Positions 38,439 to 48,673 of a stretch of DNA of 64,000 bases are shown piece by piece. Source of the stretch: SAR202 cluster bacterium (GTDB taxonomy: Bacteria; Chloroflexota; Dehalococcoidia; Lucifugimonadales; UBA1123); assembly GCA_030752795.1 (NCBI GenBank), contig JASMDM010000003.1, forward strand, positions 10,832-74,831, read 5' to 3'. The number at the start of each line of letters is the position of its first letter. Within the stretch, counting starts at the first letter, position 1. The notes under the pieces are model-generated. The model had not been told where the DNA came from. It made no database searches and worked only from the letters and a program-made list of their open reading frames with translations. The translations under genes were made by a program, and so were the position numbers.

Positions 38439-38852
38439 ATGGAATCGCCGTCAGAAGAGATAAAGCAGCTTGAAGGTTCGCAGACGATTGCGGTGTTCGG
38501 ATTTTCGCCCAACCCAGAACGGCCCAGCCATTATGTCGCCAAGTACCTTCAGGAAGTCGGGTATCGCATCATTCCGGTGAACCCGGCGCTTGAGGATGGT
38601 CTCGGCGAAAAGTGCTACCCGGACCTCGAATCGATCCCCGAGCCTGTCGACATGGTGGATGTCTTTCGCCGATCCGAATTCGTCGGGCCCGTCGTCGACG
38701 GCGCGATAGCAATCGGGGCAAAGTACATCTGGATGCAGGACGGCGTCGTGAACGAGGAGGCAGCGGTGCGCGCCAGGGATGCTGGGCTGTCCGTGGTCAT
38801 GGACAATTGAACGCTGCGGGTGCATCGTCGCCAGTTGGGCGACGCAAAATAG
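38439..38852 (+). CDS. YccU-type CoA-binding protein, probable selenoprotein (UGA=Sec at 38808-38810)
   Basis: TIAVFGFSPNPERPS, YRIIPVNP, VDMVDVFRRSE, IWMQDG. The TGA falls at the conserved Cys of VVMDRC; readthrough gives TLRVHRRQLGDAK*; SECIS-like hairpin follows. Confidence 0.82.
38826..38844 (+). promoter_or_regulatory. Bacterial SECIS-like hairpin
   Basis: CGUCGCC-AGUUG-GGCGACG perfect 7-bp stem; loop starts 23 nt after UGA, GU at loop positions 2-3. Confidence 0.68.
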
Positions 38853-39055
38853 GCCGGCGGCTTGGCAAACATATGTTTGGGGGTCTGCCTGCGCGGCTAT
38901 CTCAATACTGTGCCTCGCGTGGACCTGGCTCCCTAAAACCTCGGTCCGCCATGGGCGCTCTACACCCGTGTCCTTTCTCGGGGACACCACACAGCGCCGC
39001 CTCTGCCAAGTCAGGCGGCGCTGCTACTTTGCCGAATGTTGCCGGCGCACGTTAA

Positions 39056-39424
39056 CTAGTCCAGGATCGACTCCGTGTACAGGTCGAACCGTTGGCGAAT
39101 CATGTCGCAAGCCATTTCAAGCCCGTCCATCGCCTGCTCGGAGCTCGTGCCTTCAAGAAAAGTTCCCGTGATTCCGGACTCGTCGAAGCTAGCCGCGATT
39201 CGGGGCCTGTACAGCCACCGCGTGTACCCTCTGACCCAGTCGGCCAAGACGGGCGACGACTCCATGTTCAACTGTACCGCGTCGCCATTCGCGGCGTTGG
39301 ACGCTTCCAATCGAAAAGCGATCGATCCGGACTCGTCTTTCGCGCTGAGTCGGAACTCGATGCCGGCGTTTAGGAACGCTAGCTTCAGATTGATATCCGT
39401 TGATTCGTTTGTGCTCATGTCCAT
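39056..39424 (-). CDS. Hypothetical protein
   Basis: 122 aa ORF with coding-like composition and AAGG RBS. Confidence 0.55.
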   Translation of the reverse strand: MDMSTNESTDINLKLAFLNAGIEFRLSAKDESGSIAFRLEASNAANGDAVQLNMESSPVLADWVRGYTRWLYRPRIAASFDESGITGTFLEGTSSEQAMDGLEMACDMIRQRFDLYTESILD

Positions 39425-39535
39425 ATGCCTTTCGTACGATGCCTGCGCGTGTCAATCGGCCGTTGGTCAATTCCCGTGTCATCTGACGCAATGTGCCCGA
39501 TCGCCGATATTCTCACGACTAGCCTGAGACCGAGT

Positions 39536-40324
39536 TCAGTCCGTGTTGACCAGCGGGAGGTTTTTCGACGGATCGATCGGACGCCGCTCGATGAACGCCA
39601 GTCTGCGCTCTTCGGCTTCGTCCGACGTGATGTAATTCGGAGCGTAACGGCCCGCGGCCGCCGGGATGTTTTCCATATACGAGGTTACCTCGTTGAAGGT
39701 CAGTTTCTGGAGTTGAAGGATGACCGGGCTGTTGTTCTTGATCAGAGCGCAGTATCGGTTCACTTCGGCTTCGAGCTTGTCGTGCGGCACCACCGAGTTG
39801 ACCAGCCCCATGTCGAACGCCTGCTGGCCGCTGTACTGCTGGGTCAGCATCCACATCTCTCGGGCGCGCTTCTGCCCGAGGATTTGCGCGAGATACGCCA
39901 CGCCGAATCCGGTGGCGGGGCTGCCGACCCTGGGTCCGGTCTGACCGAACGTCGAACGCGTGGACGCGACCGTGAAATCGCAGGTATACGCGAGGATGTT
40001 TCCGGAACCGATCGCGAAGCCGTCCACCTCGGCGATCACCGGTTTCGGGAGGTTCCTGATGATCTTCGAATAGTCGACGTCCGGATCCCCGGAATACTCG
40101 GGGCTGCTTCGATCTTCAGCCTGGTCCCTTCCCGAGCAAAAGGCGTTGGGTCCGGATCCGGCAATCACAACCGCGCGAACTGACTCGTCAGCCCAGGCGT
40201 CTTTGAGAGCGACCGCCATCTCGTCGGTCGTCTTGCCTCTGATGGCGTTGTAGACCTCGGGTCGATTGATAGTGATGCGGGCGATCCCGTCATCTGCAGA
40301 GTAGAGAATATCCGAAAATCGCAT
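39536..40324 (-). CDS. Crotonase-family protein, MenB/BadI-like
   Basis: INRPEVYNA, AFCSGRDQ, PKPVIAEVDGFAIGSG, FGQTGPRVGS, GQKRAREMW. Confidence 0.85.
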   Translation of the reverse strand: MRFSDILYSADDGIARITINRPEVYNAIRGKTTDEMAVALKDAWADESVRAVVIAGSGPNAFCSGRDQAEDRSSPEYSGDPDVDYSKIIRNLPKPVIAEVDGFAIGSGNILAYTCDFTVASTRSTFGQTGPRVGSPATGFGVAYLAQILGQKRAREMWMLTQQYSGQQAFDMGLVNSVVPHDKLEAEVNRYCALIKNNSPVILQLQKLTFNEVTSYMENIPAAAGRYAPNYITSDEAEERRLAFIERRPIDPSKNLPLVNTD

Positions 40325-40480
40325 AGTGCTTGTGTCTCCTTGGATCATGTCTCAACACTCAATTCTTGGGCGTCGGCGAGGCGCCCGTGCGGGGTCCTGG
40401 CGTCTAATCCTGCAAAGCCCTCGCCGCGTCGGACGGCGCATATTGTATCACCTGTCACTCGGAGCATTGGGCGTAATTTG

Positions 40481-40509
40481 TTGTGCCAATAATTGGCTGT
40501 GCGTATAAT
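40481..40509 (+). promoter_or_regulatory. Promoter probably giving a leaderless thiL mRNA
   Basis: TTGTGC - 17 nt - TATAAT ending 6 nt before ATG 40516; no Shine-Dalgarno. Confidence 0.55.
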
Positions 40510-40515
40510 GCGGCC

Positions 40516-41565
40516 ATGCTTGTTGAGGACATCGGTGAGTTCGATCTGATAAACCGCCTGGTTGGCTCGATTGAGGCGCGAAACCAGCAATTCGCGTCTG
40601 CACTCGCGGAAGCGGGGGCGATCCTCGATCTTGGCATCGGCGACGATGCCGCGTCATGGTCGCTTGCAGGCGACGCCGTGGCGACCACCGACACGATGGT
40701 GGACGGCGTTCATTTCATCGCCGATCAGATCGGATGGGGCGACCTCGGGTACAAAGCGATCGCCACGAACCAGAGCGACATCGCGGCCATGGGATGCATG
40801 CCGACGTTCGCGTTGATCACGCTGGGTTTGCGCGGCGATCTATCGGTCGAGAATCTCGAGGAGATGTACGCGGGAATGGCCGACGCTTGCGAGCAGAGCG
40901 GCGGGATGATCGCAGGCGGCGATATCGTGAAGTCGCCCGTGTTTTTCATCGCCGTGGGATTAGAAGGAATGACGGCCGCCAATGGGCCACTGATGCGCCG
41001 AGACAGCGCCAAACCGGGCGATCTGATCGGTGTGACCGGCCACCTTGGCTGCTCTGGAGGCGGCTTGAGGTTGCTAATGGATGGCACGGCCTCGGAAAGC
41101 GACGATCGGGCACACCTCACGTCGGCGCACTGGCGACCGACGCCTCGTATCGCCGAGGGTACGGCGCTCAACAGCCTCGGCGTCAGGTCAGCGATGGACA
41201 TTAGCGACGGCCTGCTGGACGATCTGGGCAAGCTCTGCAGGGCCAGCGGAGTCGGCGCGACGGTGCAGGCGGGGCAAGTGCCCGCCGACGCCCCGTTGAA
41301 GTCGGCGTTCCCCGACGATTGGCTGAGTCTCGCGCTGGGCGGTGGCGAAGACTACGAGCTCTTGTTCACGGCGCCGGAAGCGATCATGGAGCGAGCCGTT
41401 CGGGGATTGGACACGCCAGTGAGCGTAATCGGAAACATACGTGAGGGTTGGCCGTCCGTCGAGGTATTGGACGAGGCGGGCGCCCCCATGGAGGTCACAT
41501 CGGGCGGCTGGGATCATTTCGCCCGAACTCGAAAAGCGACACGGTTGGAATTTCAGGAGGCATAG
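40516..41565 (+). CDS. thiL: Thiamine-monophosphate kinase
   Basis: GEFDLI, GIGDDAA, DTMVDGVHF, NQSDIAAMG, GGD, MDISDGL, GGEDYELLFT, GWDHF. Confidence 0.93.
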   Translation: MLVEDIGEFDLINRLVGSIEARNQQFASALAEAGAILDLGIGDDAASWSLAGDAVATTDTMVDGVHFIADQIGWGDLGYKAIATNQSDIAAMGCMPTFALITLGLRGDLSVENLEEMYAGMADACEQSGGMIAGGDIVKSPVFFIAVGLEGMTAANGPLMRRDSAKPGDLIGVTGHLGCSGGGLRLLMDGTASESDDRAHLTSAHWRPTPRIAEGTALNSLGVRSAMDISDGLLDDLGKLCRASGVGATVQAGQVPADAPLKSAFPDDWLSLALGGGEDYELLFTAPEAIMERAVRGLDTPVSVIGNIREGWPSVEVLDEAGAPMEVTSGGWDHFARTRKATRLEFQEA

Positions 41566-41567
41566 CT

Positions 41568-43160
41568 ATGACATCTTTGAGCCGATCCAGACGCTCGCTC
41601 GCGCCATACGAATCCTATCCAATGCAGGGCATCCTGACCCGCACCGCGGAACGCCTCCCGGATAAGATCGCCGTAATCGACGGGGACCGCACGTTCACAT
41701 ACCGCGAACTCAATGAGTTGAGCGACAAGTTCGGCGCGGCCCTTGCAACGTCTGGCATCTCTAAGGGCGACCGCATAGGGCTGCTCGCGCCGAACTGCGT
41801 CGAGTTCGTCATCGCCTTCTACGGCATCGCCAAGATCGGCGCGATCGCGACTACGATCAACTCTGGCTACCGCGAGCGAGAGATCGCCCACCAACTCAAC
41901 GACAGCCAGGCCGAGACTCTGATCGTCCACGACGCGTTGAAAGAGATGGCCGACGCCGCGAGCGAGTTGGCGGCCGGCTTGAATCGCACGATTCGGATTT
42001 CGCCGGACTCGAGCGATTCATCCTCCTTCTGGGGAATGATCGAGGGCTCCACCTCCGCGTTGCCCGAGGTCCGCATCGACCCCGAAAACGACCTCGTCGC
42101 GCTCCCTTACTCCTCCGGCACCACCGGGCTGTCGAAGGGCGTGATGCTCACCCACCACAACCTCACGTCCAACCTAAAGCAGCTTGTCGGCCACCCCGAC
42201 GAAGGCGCTTCGGTGACCGAGGACGACATCCTGTTAGTTCACCTCCCTCTGTTCCACATCTATGGATTGGAGGTGCTGATGAACGGCTGCATCGGAGTCG
42301 GCGCGACCCAGGTGATGATGGGGCGATTCGACATCGAAGAGTTCTTACAGCTCCTGTCGAGTCACAAGGTCACGGTGCTGTTCACCGTACCTCCGGTCGG
42401 CCTCGGCCTGACCCAATACCCCGACGTCGCCAACTACGACCTGTCGTCACTCAGGCTCGGATTCTTCGGCGCCGCCCCACTGTCCGCCGACATGCAATCG
42501 CGCATCCAGTCTGTACTCGGCTTCCCGATCATCCAGGGCTACGGCATGACTGAAACCTCGCCGGTCACCAACTTCGACTTCATGGAACCGGAGCGATCGC
42601 GACTCGGCTCCATCGGCCCTGCCGTGTCCGACACCGATGAGAAGGTTGTCGACCTCGAAACCGGCGAAACCGAGGTTCCGCGAGGCGAGCCCGGCGAGCT
42701 CATGGTTCGCGGCCCGCAGGTGATGAAGGGCTACTTCAACAACGCCGAGGCCACCGCAGAGACGATCACTGATGACGGCTGGCTCCACACAGGCGACATC
42801 GTGAAGATGGACGAAGACGGCTACGTCTGGGTCCTCGACCGCAAGAAGGAGCTCATCAAGTACAAGGGCTTTCAGGTGCCGCCGGCCGAGCTCGAAGGCA
42901 TACTGCTAGAACACCCCGACATCGCCGACGCCGCGGTCGTCGGCAAGCTCGACGACGAGTCAGGCGAGATCCCGAAGGCCTTCGTCGTCCGCGCCGCCAA
43001 CGCCGACGTGTCCGACGCCGACGTCATGGGCTTCGTCCGCGACAAGGTCGCGACGTTCAAGCAGATCCGCGAAGTCGAGTTCATCGACGCGATCCCCAAA
43101 AACGCCTCCGGCAAAATCCTCCGCCGCGTCCTGATCGACCAGGAGCGCGGGCAGGGGTAG
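41568..43160 (+). CDS. AMP-dependent acyl-CoA synthetase (4-coumarate-CoA ligase-like)
   Basis: YSSGTTGLSKG, QGYGMTE, GWLHTGD, DRKKELIKYKGFQVPPAELE, PKNASGKILRR. Confidence 0.93.
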   Translation: MTSLSRSRRSLAPYESYPMQGILTRTAERLPDKIAVIDGDRTFTYRELNELSDKFGAALATSGISKGDRIGLLAPNCVEFVIAFYGIAKIGAIATTINSGYREREIAHQLNDSQAETLIVHDALKEMADAASELAAGLNRTIRISPDSSDSSSFWGMIEGSTSALPEVRIDPENDLVALPYSSGTTGLSKGVMLTHHNLTSNLKQLVGHPDEGASVTEDDILLVHLPLFHIYGLEVLMNGCIGVGATQVMMGRFDIEEFLQLLSSHKVTVLFTVPPVGLGLTQYPDVANYDLSSLRLGFFGAAPLSADMQSRIQSVLGFPIIQGYGMTETSPVTNFDFMEPERSRLGSIGPAVSDTDEKVVDLETGETEVPRGEPGELMVRGPQVMKGYFNNAEATAETITDDGWLHTGDIVKMDEDGYVWVLDRKKELIKYKGFQVPPAELEGILLEHPDIADAAVVGKLDDESGEIPKAFVVRAANADVSDADVMGFVRDKVATFKQIREVEFIDAIPKNASGKILRRVLIDQERGQG

Positions 43161-43185
43161 GGCGTGGACGCGCTCGGTGATGTCG

Positions 43186-44331
43186 CTACGGCTCGATGAT
43201 GCTGGCGTGGGCGAGGTTACTTACCTGGTCCAGGCGGACGGTGTGCCACGGTTCCGGGGACTGGGTGTTCGACAGATAAGTGAACGATACGCCGGAGTCG
43301 GGGTCCGTCCACGAGTATGACGAGCCCGCGCCGCCGTGTCCGTAGGTGTTGGGCGAGCCGATCGAGCCCAGGCCGCGGATCGTTGGGGTGTAGCCTCGGA
43401 CGTGCGGACCTAGGCCGCGATGCATGGGCATGCCCATGCTTTCGTCGAGGCGTTCTCCGGTGTGGTTTTGGGTTGCGAACTGGATGACGCGGGGGCTGAG
43501 GACGCGCGCTCCGTTGAGCTCACCGCTTGCCGCGAGCATCTGATAGAACGCTGCCATGCCTGCCGCGGAGGCGTATCCGCCGCCGCCAGGGATTCCCGCC
43601 GCCTTGTGCTCCGGGCGATTCATTCTCGCCGGCGCGACCATCGCGTCGTCTTCGAGCACGTGCATGGCTGCGCATCGGTCCTGCGACGCCGGAGGCACGC
43701 CCACGAAGATTTCGTTGGCCAAACCGATGGGCGCCAACAGGTCGTCTCTGACCACGTCGCGATAGTCTCGGCCGGTGATCGCTTCAATCAGGATTGCGGC
43801 CGTCCAGTGAGCCGAGCCGGAATGGTACTTGACCCTTGATCCGGGTGTCCACTCGAGCGTGAAGTCGCAGACCTCTTGTCTGAGACGATCATGCTCTTCC
43901 CATGTATCTTCCGATACGGCGGCAGCCGGGAATCCGCCCTGGTGCGTCAGAATCTCAAACAGCGTGATGTTGCCCTTCCCGTGCTTGCCGAATTCGGGGA
44001 TGTAGTCGGTGATCTGATCAGCGAACCGCAGCGCTCCTTTGTCGACGAGCTGCCAAACGGCGGCGGTGACGAGCACCTTGGTCTGCGAGAACAGCAGCCA
44101 AAGCGTGGATTCGTTCGCCGGGGTGGACGGGTCGAGCGACGCGCGACCGAACGTCTTCAGGCGGGCGATTTTGCCGTGGCGCGCGATTGCGTATTGTGCG
44201 CCGGGGTATCGGTCGGCTTCGATGTGCCCTTCGATCAGGCCGTCGAGTTGGTTGAGACGCACGGGATCGAGGCCTGCGGCTTCGAGTGTCGTCGATTCGA
44301 TGGGGAGGGTCGTTCCGGTTGTAGTTGCCAT
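43186..44331 (-). CDS. Serine hydrolase, beta-lactamase class C-like family
   Basis: SxxK motif FSQTK, LTHQGG, YH, GIPGGG, GHGGAG. Confidence 0.88.
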   Translation of the reverse strand: MATTTGTTLPIESTTLEAAGLDPVRLNQLDGLIEGHIEADRYPGAQYAIARHGKIARLKTFGRASLDPSTPANESTLWLLFSQTKVLVTAAVWQLVDKGALRFADQITDYIPEFGKHGKGNITLFEILTHQGGFPAAAVSEDTWEEHDRLRQEVCDFTLEWTPGSRVKYHSGSAHWTAAILIEAITGRDYRDVVRDDLLAPIGLANEIFVGVPPASQDRCAAMHVLEDDAMVAPARMNRPEHKAAGIPGGGGYASAAGMAAFYQMLAASGELNGARVLSPRVIQFATQNHTGERLDESMGMPMHRGLGPHVRGYTPTIRGLGSIGSPNTYGHGGAGSSYSWTDPDSGVSFTYLSNTQSPEPWHTVRLDQVSNLAHASIIEP

Positions 44332-44574
44332 ATGCGTCACCTCGGCGGCTCGCCGTCTGATTTCTTGGGTTGATGCAGCGTTGAGATCGTGCCAGGGCCC
44401 AGGACTGCTTGTACGTGAGCAACCACCATTGGACCGAGCTCATCTTGGTGCGCGGCCTACTTTGGGAAGGTCCTTCGACAGGTCCCGACAACGCCGGGAT
44501 CCCGATGCGTCGGGACTCAGGACGAACGGATGGGGTCGCAGGTCGACCTACCGGCTCTGAGCTCCGAGTGCGGC

Positions 44575-45846
44575 CTAGTCCGCGACTCGGAGGAAGGCTG
44601 CATTCATCCGCTCGCTGGCCAGTTCGAGTTCTTCGACGGACGCGTTCGAGAACGCCAGCCGAAAATGGCTCGTATCCGATTCGAAACCGTCTTTGAAGAA
44701 GAACGAGCCTGTCGGAAACATCAGTCCTTCTTTGGCAGCCGCGTCGGCGAGCTCGGCTGACCCGACTCCGATGCATTCGACCCACAGGAAGAAGCCGCCG
44801 GCGGGCCGGATGAACTTGATGTACGGCTCGCAATCTTCCATGAGGCGATCGCTGAGCGTTTTGCACTTCAACGCATAGAGAGCACGCATTCGCTCGACGT
44901 GGGGTTCGAGCGCTCCCGAGTCCACGTAGCGTGCCAGGGCTCGCTGGACCAGCGGGTTGTTGCCCATGTCGAATCGAACGCGGGAAAGGGCATCGATGTA
45001 CTCGGGGGTCGCTTCGACCCAGCCCACTCGGACGCCGGTCGCGATGATCTTGCTGAACGACCCCATTCGGAGCACGCCCTGTCCACCTGACAAAGCGAAC
45101 ATAGACGGCGGGGGCGGCTCGTCGAAGTAGAGCTCGGTGTAGGCGGCGTCTTCGAGGATCATGATGCCGTACTCGGCACAGATGTCGAGAAGTTCCAGGC
45201 GGCGCTTCAGCGACATCGTCAGGCCGGACGGGTTATGAAAGTCAGGGATTACGTAGACGAACTTCACGCGCTTGCCGTCCGCCACCGCGCGCTCGATGCA
45301 AGCCTTGACGCCGTCGACCGAGGTTCCTTGCTCGTCGATCCCGGTCTCGACAACGTCCGCCATATGGCCCCGGATCGTGCGGACTGTGCCGGAAAAGCTC
45401 GGGCCCTCGACGATCGCGATGTCGCCTGGGTTCAGAAACGCGTTGCAGATGTTGTCGAGGGCGCCGGAACTTCCGTTGTGCATCGTGAAGTTTTCGGGTT
45501 TGAGGTCTATGTCTTCGATCATGCTCTGCCGCCGGGCTACGGACTCGCGAAGCCCTTCGAAGCCTACAAGGCCGCCGTAGGTCATGGAATCGTCGCGTTC
45601 TTCTGCGAGCACGGCTAGCAGCGATTCGCGGAGCTCGGCCACCGGAACTGTCAGGCTGTCAGGAATTCCTCCGGCTAATGCGATGGGATTTGGGACGTCC
45701 GTGGGCGCGATCCAAGATCTGCCCGCGTCCGTCGGACTGCCGGCGCCGATTGTGATAGCGGAGATTGACAGCAGGTCTCGAAAATCCCGTTGTTCCCAGC
45801 TATGGGCCAATCGGCCGGCCAAATCACCGACATCGCTAACTGCCAT
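44575..45846 (-). CDS. PLP-dependent class I aminotransferase (LysN/MocR-type)
   Basis: LAGGIPD, PDFHNPSG, EDAAY, GSFSKIIATGVRVGW, GGFFLW, RLAFS. Confidence 0.9.
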   Translation of the reverse strand: MAVSDVGDLAGRLAHSWEQRDFRDLLSISAITIGAGSPTDAGRSWIAPTDVPNPIALAGGIPDSLTVPVAELRESLLAVLAEERDDSMTYGGLVGFEGLRESVARRQSMIEDIDLKPENFTMHNGSSGALDNICNAFLNPGDIAIVEGPSFSGTVRTIRGHMADVVETGIDEQGTSVDGVKACIERAVADGKRVKFVYVIPDFHNPSGLTMSLKRRLELLDICAEYGIMILEDAAYTELYFDEPPPPSMFALSGGQGVLRMGSFSKIIATGVRVGWVEATPEYIDALSRVRFDMGNNPLVQRALARYVDSGALEPHVERMRALYALKCKTLSDRLMEDCEPYIKFIRPAGGFFLWVECIGVGSAELADAAAKEGLMFPTGSFFFKDGFESDTSHFRLAFSNASVEELELASERMNAAFLRVAD

Positions 45847-46272
45847 CGTTGCTCCTTATCATTCGCATCATCATCCAACATTGTCGCGACGGTCGTTCCG
45901 CGCACCGGGCCGAAACGTCGCGGTTGCCGACGGATCGATTCTCCAGCGTGCACTCATTCCGCCACCGGTGAACGATCGACGCTCCGAACGTAGCGGTCGG
46001 AGCGCACAGGGTAGTATCACACATCGAGCCGCCGTGTTGCGAGTCATTGGGGTCCTACGACAGGTTCGCTTGATGAACGGGTTTGAACCTCGATCACACT
46101 GACGGCGCCACGCTCTTTCCAATCGATGCCCGGCCTCCAAATCTTCACGCGGCGAGACGTCTTGAAATCGTTCGCCTCAGCCACGCAGGCGATTCGGCGA
46201 GTGGGTCGCAGTTCTGCTAGGATGTTGACTCCGAAAGAACCAAAATCGAACACTGAAAGATAAGGTGATCCC

Positions 46273-46938
46273 ATGGGCAAACACTACGACGACGCGGCCA
46301 TACCGGACGAGTTGCGACGGAACTTCAACGTCTACGATCGGATCACAGAGTTGGGCGTGTCCCTGGGGTCGTTCGAGAGCGAAGTCACTTCGCTGGCCGG
46401 CGCCGGGATTGCCGGAGTCGTCCTCCACGAGGGCGGCCTCGTGTATCTTTCCGGAACTGGCGGCGGGAAGTACCCAATGAACGACGACGCCGAACGAATC
46501 GAGCACGGCCAGGCAGGCGCCCGCGACGCTGCGGATGTGCTGATCCGTAGGCTGCACTGGGCGCTGAGCTGCGGCGGCGAGGGAGACTTGAACGACGTGT
46601 TGTACACGGTCAAGGCGCTGGGCATGGTCGTCACCCCAGGCGGCGGAACGACGAGCGCCGGACCTCCCGTGACGAACGGTTTCTCGTTTCGCTGGCAATC
46701 GGTGTTCGGCGGTCCGAGAAGCGACTACGCGGTCGACGGCGTCGATCCAGGCGGATTCGCCGGAATCCACGCACGGAGCGCCATCGGCGGGTTCGACGGC
46801 AGGTTCTCGATCGAGCCGGAGATCATCGTGGCGGTGCCGGCGTCGTTGGCGCGTAAGATCATCATGAATCGCGGCTGGTTGTTTCCGCTGCCGCCTGTCA
46901 TGCTGGAGAAGGTCACGGGGGCGCGAGCCGGGGCGTAG
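46273..46938 (+). CDS. Extended RidA/YjgF-like family protein
   Basis: LVYLSG, VKALGMV, NGFS, HARSAIG, IEPE. Confidence 0.7.
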   Translation: MGKHYDDAAIPDELRRNFNVYDRITELGVSLGSFESEVTSLAGAGIAGVVLHEGGLVYLSGTGGGKYPMNDDAERIEHGQAGARDAADVLIRRLHWALSCGGEGDLNDVLYTVKALGMVVTPGGGTTSAGPPVTNGFSFRWQSVFGGPRSDYAVDGVDPGGFAGIHARSAIGGFDGRFSIEPEIIVAVPASLARKIIMNRGWLFPLPPVMLEKVTGARAGA

Positions 46939-47128
46939 TTCAACGTGGGCGGCTGGCGGGTTAGGCTTGGCCGTGAACTGCCAGAGCACCGCAGGCGGGT
47001 CAGGTGGGTCAGGCGGCGCTAGTAGACCTCCAACATGCCTGCGTTGGTTTTTGCGACGACATACGTTATGGTTACGCATTTTGGCAAGCTTTATTATGTC
47101 ATGGCAAGCGTTGTGTTGAGCCAGACAC

Positions 47129-47160
47129 GCGGGAGGGTTTGAAACCCTCCCCTACGGATT
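47129..47160. repeat. GTAG-family REP element
   Basis: Reverse complement reads GTAG-GGGAGGGTTT-C-AAACCCTCCC: a GTAG tetranucleotide followed by a palindrome. Confidence 0.75.
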
Positions 47161-47305
47161 GTTGCGTATCCTGGCGCCTCTGATGCGTGCCCGCGGTTGA
47201 ATCGTTCCGTAATACCTTGGCCCAATCCTTGACCATGTGCCTGGTCGCTCCGTACACTGTGGCGCATCGTTTACGTCACGTTGATTGCCGGATGGAGGCG
47301 CTGTT

Positions 47306-48673
47306 TTGAGTCGATCGGAGCTATCCGACGCTCTGTTCACCGACCTGTACCAGTTGACCATGGCGCAGGCGTACTGGCAAAACGACGTGATCGGCGACGC
47401 GACGTTCGACCTGTACTTCCGCAACTTCCCGCCCAATCGCTCGTACTATGTTTTCGCAGGCCTTGAAGACATCCTCAACTACCTAGAAGACTTCAGTTTC
47501 AGTGACCGCGACCTGACGGCGCTCGAATCGCTGGAAATCTTCGATCCGGGTTTCGTCGAATTTCTGTCGATGCTGCGGTTCACGGGCCGAGTCCGCGCAA
47601 TGCCCGAGGGCACGTTGCTGTTCGCCGAAGAACCGGTGCTTGAGGTGTCCGGGCCGATCATCGAGTGCCAGTTCGCCGAGACGTTCATCGTCAACCAGAT
47701 CGGCCTGCAAACGATGCTGGCCACGAAGTCGGCGCGAATCGTGCACGCGGCGCAAGGGCGAATGCTGGTCGACTTCGCGGCGCGCCGCACACACGGAACC
47801 GATTCGGCGATGAAGCTGGTGCGAGCGTCGTACATGGTCGGCTTCGCCGGGACCAGCAACGTCCAGGCGGCGGCTACCTACGGCATCCAGGCCCACGGAA
47901 CCATGGCTCACTCTTTCGTCACCGCGTTTCCGACTGAGCTCGAATCGTTCAGGGCTTACGGCGAATCGTTCCCAAATTCGAGCACTTTCCTCGTGGACAC
48001 TTACGACACCGAATCCGGGGTCCGCAACGCGGTCAACGTTGCCAATGAGATGAAGAGCCGCGGTCAGATGCTGCGAGCCGTGCGACTGGACAGCGGCGAC
48101 ATGTTGGAGCTGTCAACAATCGCTCGTGGGTTGCTCGACGAAGCTGGTCTCGAGGATGTGATGGTTCTCGCGTCGGGCGGGCTCGACGAGTACTCGATCG
48201 ACGAGCTCGTGAAAGCCGGAGCGCCGATCGGCGGGTTCGGAATCGGCACCAGACTTGGGTCATCGGAGGATGCGCCCAGCACTGAGTTCGTCTACAAGCT
48301 GGTGTCGTTCGAGGGAGCGCCGGTGGTGAAGCTGAGCTCCAAGAAAGCGAACCTGCCCGGCGCGAAACAGGTGTGGCGAGAATCGGTTGAAGGCGGCTTG
48401 ATGCGCCGAGACGTGATCGCACTCGAGCATGAACCGAGCCCGTCCCCGACAGCCGCGCCGCTCCTGCGCAACGCGATGCGGTCCGGCAAGGCGTTGGCGC
48501 CCCATCCTGATCTCGGCGAGATGCGGGAGCGGTTCCAGAGCCAGTTCGCGTGCCTGCCGTACCGGTACAAGGAGCTCGAAGCGGCTCCGCGATTCGATGT
48601 CACGACGTCCGACGCTCTGCGAGAGCTGACCGACAATACACAACAACAGGCAAGAGAGCGCACTTCCTCATGA
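47306..48673 (+). CDS. pncB: Nicotinate phosphoribosyltransferase
   Basis: LFTDLYQLTM, DFAARR, GTSNV, GTMAHSFV, LVDTYD, VRLDSGD, GIGT, VYKLV, PGAKQV. Confidence 0.93.
   Translation: MSRSELSDALFTDLYQLTMAQAYWQNDVIGDATFDLYFRNFPPNRSYYVFAGLEDILNYLEDFSFSDRDLTALESLEIFDPGFVEFLSMLRFTGRVRAMPEGTLLFAEEPVLEVSGPIIECQFAETFIVNQIGLQTMLATKSARIVHAAQGRMLVDFAARRTHGTDSAMKLVRASYMVGFAGTSNVQAAATYGIQAHGTMAHSFVTAFPTELESFRAYGESFPNSSTFLVDTYDTESGVRNAVNVANEMKSRGQMLRAVRLDSGDMLELSTIARGLLDEAGLEDVMVLASGGLDEYSIDELVKAGAPIGGFGIGTRLGSSEDAPSTEFVYKLVSFEGAPVVKLSSKKANLPGAKQVWRESVEGGLMRRDVIALEHEPSPSPTAAPLLRNAMRSGKALAPHPDLGEMRERFQSQFACLPYRYKELEAAPRFDVTTSDALRELTDNTQQQARERTSS

Noticed and set aside
39536-40324. Assigning the symbol menB
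   Set aside because: The motifs deviate (SGRDQ, GSG, VGSPA) and there are no neighbouring men genes; left as MenB/BadI-like
46070-46100. GGTTCAAAC on the minus strand resembles a tRNA T-loop (tRNA-Sec was specifically sought)
   Set aside because: The flanks do not form a T-stem or cloverleaf
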